Notes: a model not told the origin generated them from the letters alone. Shown: positions 1-9,540, counted from the stretch's first letter. The stretch: DNA of 64,000 nt from Mediterranea sp. (GCA_031261785.1 JAISIZ010000094.1:1471-65470), one strand, 5' to 3'. Numbers and translations are program-made.

Positions 1-1087
1 CGTCGTCGGGAATGCCGTTTTTGTAGGCGAAGCTCTTGATGTCGACGGTGAGCGAGGTCGTTGCCGATTTCTGCTTGATGGCGAAACGCTCGTCGTTGGC
101 GAGCCGTTCGAGCAGCTCGGCGAGGTATGGGTAGGCGGGGATTCCCTCGCGTAGCAATCCCCGTAGGTTGGCCATGGCGTAGGGCACGCTCTCTACGAAG
201 TGCGTTTTCTTCTCAAAGTATCCCCTGAAGCCGTAGGCGCCCAGCACCTGTAGCGTGCGCAAGAGGACGAAGTGACGCAGCTGTTCGCGGAAGCGTTCGT
301 CGTCCACGGGCTGGTACTGGCGCAGGGAGTCGATGTACTCGTTAAGCAGTTCTTGGCGTAAAGTCTCGGGGAAATTGGCTTTCGCCTGCCACAGGAAGGA
401 GGCCACGTCATAGTGCGGGGGACCCTCGCGTCCGCCTTGGAAGTCGATGAGCCAAGGCTCGCCGTCGCGAATCATCACGTTGCGGCTCTGGAAGTCGCGG
501 TACATAAAGGTCTGTTTGGGCATGCACGCCATGACGTAGGCCATCTGGTCGAAATCGTCCTCCAGTCGCTCCTCGCTGAATTCCAGGCCCGTAGCCTTGA
601 GGAAACAGTACTTGAAGTAGTTGAGGTCCCAGTACACCGAGCGGCGGTCGAACGTGCTTCGCGGGTAGCAGCGCGTATAGTCGAATCCCTTTGCGCCCTC
701 GAACTGTAGGGTGGGTAGCAGGCGGATGGCGCGGCGCAGGAGCCTTTTCTCTTCTTCGTCGAAGTTGCCGGTGGCGCGCCCGTTGGCGATGGCTTGGAAG
801 AGTGAGGTGTCGCCCAGGTCTTCTTGCAGGTAGCGGCTCTTGTCGGCGGAGACGGCGTACACCTCGGGCACGGGAAGTCCCGCCTGGCGGAAATGCGCGG
901 CCATGTAGAGGAACGCTTCGTTCTCGGGCGTAGAGGTGCCGATCACTCCAATCATGGGGCGTGTGCCTGTCAGGCGGTAGTATCTTCGGTTGGATCCCGC
1001 ACCGGGGAGTTCCACCATGTTGTCGGAGGGGCTTCCGGTAGCTTCCCGGTATAATTCCTTCAGCTGTTCGTCATTCATCGGTTTCAT
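1..1087 (-). CDS. APH/AmgK-like phosphotransferase fused to a RapZ C-terminal-like domain (runs off window start)
   Basis: Hand translation from ATG 1087: MKPMNDEQLKELY...GAGSNRRYYR...YRDFQSRNVM...IDFQGG...YDVASFLWQ (APH-kinase Brenner motif and DFQ), then VDIKSFAYKNGIPDD at the window edge (RapZ-CTD-like). Absent from the ORF track because there is no stop in the window. Confidence 0.85.
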   Translation of the reverse strand, partial: MKPMNDEQLKELYREATGSPSDNMVELPGAGSNRRYYRLTGTRPMIGVIGTSTPENEAFLYMAAHFRQAGLPVPEVYAVSADKSRYLQEDLGDTSLFQAIANGRATGNFDEEEKRLLRRAIRLLPTLQFEGAKGFDYTRCYPRSTFDRRSVYWDLNYFKYCFLKATGLEFSEERLEDDFDQMAYVMACMPKQTFMYRDFQSRNVMIRDGEPWLIDFQGGREGPPHYDVASFLWQAKANFPETLRQELLNEYIDSLRQYQPVDDERFREQLRHFVLLRTLQVLGAYGFRGYFEKKTHFVESVPYAMANLRGLLREGIPAYPYLAELLERLANDERFAIKQKSATTSLTVDIKSFAYKNGIPDD

Positions 1088-1120
1088 GTCTGTCGCAAAT
1101 GTGGGCCATTCCCAAAGTTT

Positions 1121-2674
1121 TTATTCCGTCTTCCATCCCGTGATGCCTCTCGTTTCTTTGTCGTAATTCACACCCACTTTCACTACTGTCCTCCCGTCGG
1201 CCTCGTAGGGGACGGCGTAGTCTTTCGCTCCGATCTGCGCCAGCGCCTCCTCGGGCGTGGAATTCACTTTCAATTCGAAGAGGTAGACATACTGCTGGTT
1301 GGTGACCACCACGTCGACACGGCCGGTGGAGGTCTTCACCTGCGTATGTGTGAGCTGCCCCATGAGCGTGAAGATGATGTAGAAGATGGTCTCGAACCTC
1401 GACTCGTTGTCGCTCTTCTTCTCGTAGGGGATGGAGGCGACGAACGCACGCAGGCGCGTCAGGCAGCCGTCGATGTCGCCCGTGTCGAGCGCTTCCTTCA
1501 TGGCGATGAGGCTCATGTCACTCTCCATCTTGCTGTAGCCCAACACGGTGGGAAGCAGCGAGCGCAGGAAACCGTAGCGTACCTCCTCGTTGGGGTAGCC
1601 CAGGGTGTAGATGCCATTCTTGAAATCCTTGATGGTAAGGTATCCACTCTGGTAGAGCACGGGGATGGGGTCGGTGAGCGTGTCGGTCGACTGGTCGAAC
1701 GCGTCGGGCATGGCCTTGCAGCCTTCCATGTCCATCAGCGGCATGTTCCGCGCGCGCAGCAGGTCGATAAGGAAGGTGGGGGTTCCGGTGGAGTACCAGT
1801 AACTACCATACTCTTTGGAGTCGAGCACGTTGATGATGCTGAACGGGTTGTAAATGTGCTCGCCGCGATGGTTGAAACGGTAGCCGTCGTACAGGCGGGC
1901 GAGGTGCGCCAAGGCCTGTTCGTAGGTCTCGTCGTTGTTCGCCGCCAGGGCTTCGATGTCTGGCTTGAAATCCCTGACCAATTCGGTTTCGGTGATGCCG
2001 CATATACTGTTGTATTGCTGCCACATACTGACGTTCTTGAGGCTGTTCAGCTCACTGAAGATGCTCATCTGGCTGAACTTGGTGATGCCGGTGATGAAGA
2101 GGAAACGGAGAAGGTGCGTGTTGTCCTTGATTGGGCTGAAGAATTCGCGGGTGATGAGGCGCAGTTCCTTGCGTAATACCTCGTCGCCGGTGGAATCGAG
2201 CAAGGGCGAATCGTACTCGTCGATGAGGACGACGACGGGCAGCCCCGTTTGCTCGTAAGCCCGTCGGATAATCCCTTTGAAGCGGGCGCCATAAGTGTCC
2301 TCCGAAGGTTTTCCGCCATAGCGTTCTTCCCAATCGAGAAGCTGGTTGTTCAGCAGCGTATGCAAGTTCTTCGCCTCATTGTAGCGCGTCTGGGCGAAGG
2401 AGATGTGCAGCACGGGATACGCCGTCCACTCCGTCTCTAATCGCTCCATGGCCAGCCCCTCGAACAGATGTTTTTTCCCCTCGAAGTAGGCTTTCAGCGT
2501 GGAGAGCAGCAGGCTCTTGCCGAAACGGCGGGGGCGGCTTAGGAAGTAGACGCGGTTGGTATTGGCCATCCGGTAGACCAGGTCGGTCTTGTCCACGTAT
2601 ACGTAGTGGTGGCTACGCAAGTCTTCAAAGCTCTGTATCCCTATGGGGAAGATGCGGGTGGGTATGTTTGCCAT
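1121..2674 (-). CDS. AAA-ATPase-like domain + C-terminal PD-(D/E)XK nuclease (copy 1, 517 aa)
   Basis: Walker A RPRRFGKS, Walker B VLIDEYD, conserved LYQSGYLTIK, nuclease GRVD...FELK...Q-x3-K-x-Y; matches the AAA-ATPase_like/PDDEXK_9 architecture. Confidence 0.9.
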   Translation of the reverse strand: MANIPTRIFPIGIQSFEDLRSHHYVYVDKTDLVYRMANTNRVYFLSRPRRFGKSLLLSTLKAYFEGKKHLFEGLAMERLETEWTAYPVLHISFAQTRYNEAKNLHTLLNNQLLDWEERYGGKPSEDTYGARFKGIIRRAYEQTGLPVVVLIDEYDSPLLDSTGDEVLRKELRLITREFFSPIKDNTHLLRFLFITGITKFSQMSIFSELNSLKNVSMWQQYNSICGITETELVRDFKPDIEALAANNDETYEQALAHLARLYDGYRFNHRGEHIYNPFSIINVLDSKEYGSYWYSTGTPTFLIDLLRARNMPLMDMEGCKAMPDAFDQSTDTLTDPIPVLYQSGYLTIKDFKNGIYTLGYPNEEVRYGFLRSLLPTVLGYSKMESDMSLIAMKEALDTGDIDGCLTRLRAFVASIPYEKKSDNESRFETIFYIIFTLMGQLTHTQVKTSTGRVDVVVTNQQYVYLFELKVNSTPEEALAQIGAKDYAVPYEADGRTVVKVGVNYDKETRGITGWKTE

Positions 2675-2725
2675 CTCTTTCTAAATTAAAAATTGAGAAT
2701 TGAGAATTAAAAAATGAATGTATCG

Positions 2726-2733
2726 CGAAGATA
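2726..2733 (-). promoter_or_regulatory. Bacteroidetes sigma-70 -7 element TATCTTCG for AAA copy 1
   Basis: TAnnTT(T/C)G variant 51 bp upstream of ATG 2674; identical element at 5552..5559. Confidence 0.6.
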
Positions 2734-2815
2734 GGGCTTTTCCGCGGATATTCCTTGGGAAATGAAGAACTAAGAATGGAGAACGGGAAGAGCATTGGGG
2801 ACTATGTATGATGAA

Positions 2816-2854
2816 CGAGAGGATACACGCTCTCGCGTGGCGTGTATCCTCTCG
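2816..2854 (-). terminator. 15-bp perfect stem-loop downstream of the DUF5043-like gene
   Basis: CGAGAGGATACACGC (2816-2830) / GCGTGTATCCTCTCG (2840-2854), 9-nt loop; weak U-tract. Confidence 0.65.
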
Positions 2855-2906
2855 AGGATATGGATGCCTCGTCTTCCAATGGAAGAAGAAGTGGTGGTAT
2901 CGAATC

Positions 2907-3611
2907 CTATGGTATCATTTCGATAGGTGTCGACTCGGATTGCGCCGGTTCATTTTCCGATGGCGTTGGCTCTTTTTGCAAGGGATTGTCCGGGTCGTCA
3001 AGCAATGGTGGCTGAGGATTGGAAGGAGCGGCGGGAGAGAATGGAGGGTCTACGCCGGGACGGGTCTCGCCGACTTTCTGTATCCAATTGAGGAATATGC
3101 AATTCAGTCTTCTTCCGTATTCCGTCGGGGTGAACCAAATATGCCTTTTCAGTTCAAGCTCTATTCTTCGGTACACGGCAGGGGGAAATTTCGCGGCGAT
3201 ACGGTCGGTAAGGAATTCAAATTCCACATCGACAACCTTGCCTGTGCTTGGATCAATATACAGGCTTGTCGACAGCTTGAGACCATTCTGTGCCTCTGGA
3301 TTCAGTGTGGAAAAGAATGCCTCATTCACGATCTCGTAGCACTTGCGCTTGCTCCAGTCCTCGAGCGCGTAGGGAAGATGCGAATTTGATATGGGCGGAT
3401 ACTTTCCTGTATCTTTTTAGACCTGGTCGACGTCGATCCATGTATGCTCCTTGTTGCAGAGCTGGCCCCATCCACCAGGTTTCAGTTTGCTTTGATATTG
3501 GCAATCGTCCAAAGTGAAAGTCTTCGGGATATCATAATAATATTGGGCGAAGGCGGTTTGTGCATAGCACATAAAAACCACCGATAAAAATAGAATCTTC
3601 GTCATGATCAA
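2907..3611 (-). pseudogene. DUF5043-like secreted protein interrupted by an in-frame TAA at 3417..3419
   Basis: ORFs 3417..3611 and 2907..3329 are in the same frame; read-through gives ...WIDVDQV*KDTGKYPP...CYEIVNEAFFSTL...TGKVVDVEFEF...WFTPTEYGRRLN. N-terminal signal peptide MTKILFLSVVFMCYAQTAFA. Family assigned from recall. Confidence 0.75.
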
Positions 3612-3892
3612 CAGTTCTTGGTTAATTGATTAAGGGTAGAGAAATTGTTAGTCCCTTCCAGGGAATCGTCGTACGAAAAGCTGCCGTAGCCTCTCTTTTT
3701 GAAGGTGTCACGCATCTCTTCCAGATATTTAGTTAGTTTGGCTTCCGTCATCCCTGGCATGAGTTGCCCTTTGCCATTCACCTGCTCTTCCAACTTTTTC
3801 ACGCTCCTAAGAAGTACATTGTTGTTGTAATTTGCCTCCCAACGGCTTCCCGCATATTCCGGCAAGGTTTTCAAGTACATATATTAGGCATA
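3608..3892 (-). pseudogene. 3' remnant (about 90 aa) of a larger gene, overlapping the DUF5043-like start
   Basis: ORF 3608..3880 is preceded in frame by TAT GCC TAA TAT (Y-A-*-Y); its stop overlaps the next ATG (ATGA); there is no room for an N-terminus before the AAA copy 2 stop at 3954. Confidence 0.5.
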
Positions 3893-3953
3893 AGATTCCA
3901 TCGACCAAAGGGGTAGGAAGCCAATCGCTTCCCGAAAGTAAATCCGTCTGGCG

Positions 3954-5507
3954 TCATTCCACCTTCCATCCCGTGACGCCCCGCTCCGTTTTGTCGTAGT
4001 TGACGTCGACTTTCACCACCTCTCGCCCGTCGGCCTCGTAGGGGATGGCGTAACCTTTCGCACCGATTTGCGCCAACGCCTCCTCGGGAGTGGAATCCAC
4101 TTTCAGCTCGAAGAGGTAGACGTAGTCGTTGTTGCTGACGACCACGTCGACACGGCCGGCTGAGGTCTTCACCTGCGTGCGGGTGAGCTGTCCCATGAGC
4201 GTGAAGATGATGTAGAAGATGGTCTCGAAGCGCGACTCGTTATCGCTCTTCTTCTCGTAGGGGATGGAGGCGACAAACGCGCGTAGGCGCGTCAGGCAGC
4301 CGTCCACGTCGCCTTTGTCGAGCGACTTCTTCATGGCGATGAGGCTCATGTCGCTCTCCATCTTGCTGTAGCCCAATACGGTGGGAAGCAGCGAGCGCAG
4401 GAAGCCGTAGCGCACCTCCTCGTTGGGGTAGCCCAGGGAATAGATACCATCCTCGAAGCCTTTGATGGTGAGGTATCCGCTCTGGTAGAGCACGGGGATG
4501 GGGTCGGTGAGCGTGTCGGTCGACTGGTCGAACGCGTCGGCCATGGCCTCGCAGCCTTCCATGTCCATCAGCGGCATGCCGCGCTCGCGCAGCAGGTCGA
4601 TGAGGAACGTGGGGGTTCCGGTGGAATACCAGTAGCTGCCGTATTCCTTTTTGCTCAGCACGTTGATGACGCTGAACGGGTTGTAGACGCGCTCGGCGCG
4701 GTGGTTGAAGCGGTAGCCGTCGTACAGGCGGGTGAGGTGCGCCAGGGCCTGTTCGTACGTCTCGTCGTTGTTCGCCGCCAAGGCTTCGATATCGGTTTTG
4801 AAATCGCGGGTCAATTCGCTCTCCGTGATGCCGCATATACTATTGTATTGCTGCCACATGCTGATGTTGTCCAAGCTGTTCAGCTCGCTGAATATGCTCA
4901 TCTGGCTGAACTTGGTGATGCCGGTGATGAAGAGGAAGCGAAGGATCTCGGTGTTGTCCTTGAGCGGGCTGAAGAACTCGCGGGTGATGAGGCGCAGCTC
5001 CTTACGCAACTTCTCGTCGCCGGTGGAATCGAGCAGGGGCGAATCGTATTCGTCGATGAGGATGACGACCGGCAGCCCCGTTTGCTTATAAGCCCGTTGG
5101 ATGATCGTTTCCAATCGGCCGCCGAAATTCTCTTCTTTTTCACTTTGGCCATAGATCTCTTCCCATTCGGAAAGCTGCTTATCCAAGAGCCTCTTCAGAT
5201 TGTCCGCTTCGTCGTATCGTGTGCGGGCGAAGGAGATGTGCAGCACGGGATACGCCGTCCACTCCGTCTCTAATCGCTCCATGGCCAGCCCCTCGAACAG
5301 GTGTTTTTTCCCCTCGAAATAGGCTTTCAGCGTGGAGAGCAGCAGGCTCTTGCCGAAACGGCGGGGGCGGCTTAGGAAGTAGACGCGGTTGGTATTGGCC
5401 ATCCGGTAGACCAGGTCGGTCTTGTCCACGTACACGTAGTGGTGGCTACGCAAGTCTTCAAAGCTCTGTATCCCTATGGGGAAGATGCGGGTGGGTATGT
5501 TTGCCAT
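3954..5507 (-). CDS. AAA-ATPase-like domain + PD-(D/E)XK nuclease (copy 2, 517 aa)
   Basis: Same motifs as copy 1; first 94 aa identical. Confidence 0.9.
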   Translation of the reverse strand: MANIPTRIFPIGIQSFEDLRSHHYVYVDKTDLVYRMANTNRVYFLSRPRRFGKSLLLSTLKAYFEGKKHLFEGLAMERLETEWTAYPVLHISFARTRYDEADNLKRLLDKQLSEWEEIYGQSEKEENFGGRLETIIQRAYKQTGLPVVILIDEYDSPLLDSTGDEKLRKELRLITREFFSPLKDNTEILRFLFITGITKFSQMSIFSELNSLDNISMWQQYNSICGITESELTRDFKTDIEALAANNDETYEQALAHLTRLYDGYRFNHRAERVYNPFSVINVLSKKEYGSYWYSTGTPTFLIDLLRERGMPLMDMEGCEAMADAFDQSTDTLTDPIPVLYQSGYLTIKGFEDGIYSLGYPNEEVRYGFLRSLLPTVLGYSKMESDMSLIAMKKSLDKGDVDGCLTRLRAFVASIPYEKKSDNESRFETIFYIIFTLMGQLTRTQVKTSAGRVDVVVSNNDYVYLFELKVDSTPEEALAQIGAKGYAIPYEADGREVVKVDVNYDKTERGVTGWKVE

Positions 5508-5551
5508 CTCTTTCTAAATTAAAAATTGAGAATTAAAAAATGAATGTATCG

Positions 5552-5559
5552 CGAAGATA
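5552..5559 (-). promoter_or_regulatory. -7 element TATCTTCG for AAA copy 2
   Basis: Identical context to 2726..2733. Confidence 0.6.
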
Positions 5560-5576
5560 GGGCTTTTCCGCGGATG

Positions 5577-5708
5577 TCACGCGATGTGACGCGTTGACTT
5601 GTGGGTGATGCCGAAGCCACCTTGTCCCGGCGTCTCTTGGACCGTATAGGCGAATTCTTCGCTCTGGATCGTGGTGTCCGGAGGTAGCTGCCGCTCGCGA
5701 TTGTCCAT
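5577..5708 (-). pseudogene. Truncated N-terminus (43 aa) of a second Hanks-type Ser/Thr kinase
   Basis: Hand translation: MDNRERQLPPDTTIQSEEFAYTVQETPGQGGFGITHKSTRHIA*. Contains the kinase Gly-loop GQGGFGIT. Starts 6 bp after the FHA-like gene stop and ends 1 bp from the repeat boundary. Confidence 0.75.
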
Positions 5709-5714
5709 GGGCGA

Positions 5715-6839
5715 CTATCTGTTTGCCCTGAACACGATGCGCACGTCGCGCTCGGGAGCCGGAATCACAAGCTCCGCTCCGGAGGGTAGCGAATAGTACT
5801 GCATATTGCCACCCTTGCTCAATTCGTTGACGACGATATCGCCTTTCCTCCTGTTGGAACTGATCTTGCCATACGTAGCGAATTCGAAAACCGGCAATTT
5901 TCTCCCGTTCGCGTCCGTTTTCCCCTCGTTCTCGGGCTTGTACACGATGATGAGGTAGGGATTGGTTTCCAGGGCGACATCGAGGCGCCATACCGTATTG
6001 GGAAGGTTGCGGCTGTCCGTCTTGCCGGTGATCTCGATGCGGTGTTCGCGCATCTCGAAGCGGTTGTTGCCCTCCTGGAGCACGGCCAACACGCCCGATG
6101 TGCGGGAAGGTTGGGGAGATTGGGGAGGCTGGGGAGTGGTACTCCCTTTGGGATTATCCTTAGGTTCTTTCGCCGACGAGCCCGATTGGGGAAGATAAGG
6201 GATGAAGAGCGGGGTGAACGTGCGGGCATCGTCCCACATTCCGATATCGACAAAGTTCTCTTGCGCCATGGCGACTGTTTTTCGGACATTCGTATTCGAC
6301 TCCTCGGTATCGTTCATGTCGTAGGATGGCCGCGACGGGCCGAAGGGCTTCGTCCGGATGATGGGTTTGCCCAGTGTTGGTACCTCCGTGTTCTTCTCGT
6401 CCTTGCAATGTTCGGGCGAGCGGAATTGGAAGTGCCAATACTTGACGGGGATTTTGAGTATCTTGCCGCTTTTCTTCTGTCCCTCGCTCACAAGCCGTGG
6501 CAGCTCCACGCAGAGTTCCATGGCGATGTACGGAAAGGTTTCTCTCAACCGAAGAAAATCCTCGTCGCAAAGGTCGATGAAGACGCACATGGGGAAATAC
6601 ATGATATTCTTCATCTGGTTCTCCGTGCTTATCGTTCGCTCGAAGGCTTGTTCCACCATATATGCTACGCGATGGAAGGGCAGCTCGGCTGGGACGGACT
6701 CCGCGGATTTGCCTGATACGGGGTTGCCTGTCTTCGCCTCTTTTTTTTCACTCTTCGGGTCTTTTGTGCCGCCCTCGAGGATGAGTCGATTCAATCCTTT
6801 ATTGAGCTTCTCGCCCAAATCTTTCCATATATTTGCCAT
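5715..6839 (-). CDS. Kinase-associated protein with FhaA-N/DUF3662-like N-terminus and degenerate FHA-like C-terminal beta domain (374 aa)
   Basis: N-region MYFPMCVFIDLCDEDF...KYWHFQF, Pro/Ser linker, C-region IEITGKTDSR...YLIIVY...FEFATYG...LPSGAELVI. Resembles Bacteroidota FHA proteins (recall) but lacks the canonical GR and SxxH residues; directly downstream of a kinase. Confidence 0.55.
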   Translation of the reverse strand: MANIWKDLGEKLNKGLNRLILEGGTKDPKSEKKEAKTGNPVSGKSAESVPAELPFHRVAYMVEQAFERTISTENQMKNIMYFPMCVFIDLCDEDFLRLRETFPYIAMELCVELPRLVSEGQKKSGKILKIPVKYWHFQFRSPEHCKDEKNTEVPTLGKPIIRTKPFGPSRPSYDMNDTEESNTNVRKTVAMAQENFVDIGMWDDARTFTPLFIPYLPQSGSSAKEPKDNPKGSTTPQPPQSPQPSRTSGVLAVLQEGNNRFEMREHRIEITGKTDSRNLPNTVWRLDVALETNPYLIIVYKPENEGKTDANGRKLPVFEFATYGKISSNRRKGDIVVNELSKGGNMQYYSLPSGAELVIPAPERDVRIVFRANR

Positions 6840-6886
6840 GGCCTCTATTGTTTTTTAATATCCTATTATGATAATAAATTCTTGTC

Positions 6887-8116
<1,230 letters not shown>

Positions 8117-8272
8117 TATGCCGTAAATGGTTGGTTATCGGCGTAAAGGTACGACGTTTTTAGAATACGGCAAGCAAATACCTCGCATTATTTATCGCGT
8201 GAAGACGCAAAAGGTCGGATTGGCAGATAGAATTAAGGCTCACGAGAGTAGGATATTCAGAATTTATTTGTT

Positions 8273-8280
8273 TACCTTTG
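8273..8280 (+). promoter_or_regulatory. -7 element TACCTTTG for the men operon
   Basis: Exact TAnnTTTG 27 bp upstream of ATG 8308; a divergent variant TACCTTTA lies at 8144..8151 for the kinase. Confidence 0.6.
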
Positions 8281-8307
8281 TAACCCGAATCAGAACTAAA
8301 AGTAAAC

Positions 8308-9540
8308 ATGAAGTACAGATTATTAGTGCTCGACGTGGACGGAACGCTTCTGAACGACGCGAAGGAGATCACCCAACGCACCTTGGCCGCCTTGCTCAAG
8401 GTCCAGCAGATGGGCGTGCGCATCGTGCTGGCCTCGGGACGTCCCACGTATGGCATGATGCCTCTGGCCAAAACCCTGGAGTTGGGACGCTACGGCGGCT
8501 ACCTGCTGTCGTACAACGGTTGCCAGATCATCAGCGCCAGCGACGGCCAGGTGCTGTTCGAGCGACGCATCAACCCCGAGATGGTTCCCTACTTAGAGAA
8601 AAAGGCGAGGAAGAATGACTTCGCCTTCCTCACCTATCACGACGAGATTATCCTGACCTCGCACCCCGACAACGGACACGTGCAAGACGAAGCCCGGCTC
8701 AACGGGCTGCGCGTCATCGCCGAGGAGGTGCTGTCGGCAGCCATCGATTTCGCCCCCTGCAAATGCGTGCTGGCGAGCGACGACACCGAGGCGCTCACCA
8801 GCCTGGAAGAACATTGGAAGCGGCGCCTCAACGGCGCGCTCGACGTGTTCCGCTCCGAACCCTACTTCCTCGAGGTGGTGCCCTGTGGCATCGACAAGGC
8901 CAACACGCTGGGTGCCCTGCTGGAGATGCTCGAAGTGAAACGTGAGGAAGTGATGGCCATTGGCGACGGCGTGTGCGACGTCACCATGCTCCAGCTCGCC
9001 GGACTGGGTGTAGCCATGGGCCATGCCGAGGATTCGGTAAAAATATGCGCCGACTACGTGACCGACTCCAACGAAGAGGATGGCGTAGCCACCGCCGTGG
9101 AGAAACAGATCATCGCCGAGGTGCGCTCCTCGCAGATCCCCATCGACCAGCTCAACCTGCAGGCCCGGCACGCCCTCATGGGCACGCTGGGTATACAGTA
9201 CACCTACGCCGCCGACGACCGCGTGGAAGCCACCATGCCCGTCGACGAGCATACCCGCCAACCTTTCGGCATCCTGCACGGAGGAGCCACCCTCGCCTTG
9301 GCTGAGACGGTGGCCGGACTGGGTTCGATGATCGCCTGCCAGCCCGACGAGTTCGTGGTAGGTATGCAGGTGAGCGGAAACCACATCTCGTCGGCCCACG
9401 AGGGCGACACGGTGAGGGCCATCGCCACCATCGTACACAAGGGACGCTCCTCGCACGTGTGGAACGTCGACGTGTTTACCTCGACCAACAAATTAGTATC
9501 GACAATACGAGTCATCAATAGTGTAATAAAAAAGAGATGA
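8308..9540 (+). CDS. menI: Cof-type HAD-IIB hydrolase fused to a hotdog thioesterase (DHNA-CoA thioesterase, MenI-like)
   Basis: HAD motif I DVDGTLL, motif IV GDGVCD; C-terminal QPFGILHGGATLALAET hotdog motif; first gene of the men cluster. Confidence 0.85.
   Translation: MKYRLLVLDVDGTLLNDAKEITQRTLAALLKVQQMGVRIVLASGRPTYGMMPLAKTLELGRYGGYLLSYNGCQIISASDGQVLFERRINPEMVPYLEKKARKNDFAFLTYHDEIILTSHPDNGHVQDEARLNGLRVIAEEVLSAAIDFAPCKCVLASDDTEALTSLEEHWKRRLNGALDVFRSEPYFLEVVPCGIDKANTLGALLEMLEVKREEVMAIGDGVCDVTMLQLAGLGVAMGHAEDSVKICADYVTDSNEEDGVATAVEKQIIAEVRSSQIPIDQLNLQARHALMGTLGIQYTYAADDRVEATMPVDEHTRQPFGILHGGATLALAETVAGLGSMIACQPDEFVVGMQVSGNHISSAHEGDTVRAIATIVHKGRSSHVWNVDVFTSTNKLVSTIRVINSVIKKR

Larger units (their letters stand above)
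1121..2749 (-). repeat. Long direct repeat unit A (AAA-nuclease gene + 5' UTR + promoter); partner 3954..5575
   Basis: Shares its upstream sequence to ...TTTTCCGCGGAT with 5508..5575, apart from one extra TTGAGAA heptamer. About 87% aa identity by hand count (451/517). Confidence 0.95.
3954..5575 (-). repeat. Long direct repeat unit B; partner 1121..2749
   Basis: Homology with unit A ends abruptly at 5575 and 2749. Confidence 0.95.

Noticed and set aside
2808-3389. 193-aa plus-strand Trp/Arg-rich ORF
   Set aside because: Antisense to the DUF5043-like pseudogene and runs through a terminator hairpin; composition is not protein-like.
3417-3886. Stop-codon recoding to explain two in-frame TAAs
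   Set aside because: TAA terminates many intact genes in this window, and the two sites imply different amino acids (Tyr, Gln); decay is simpler.
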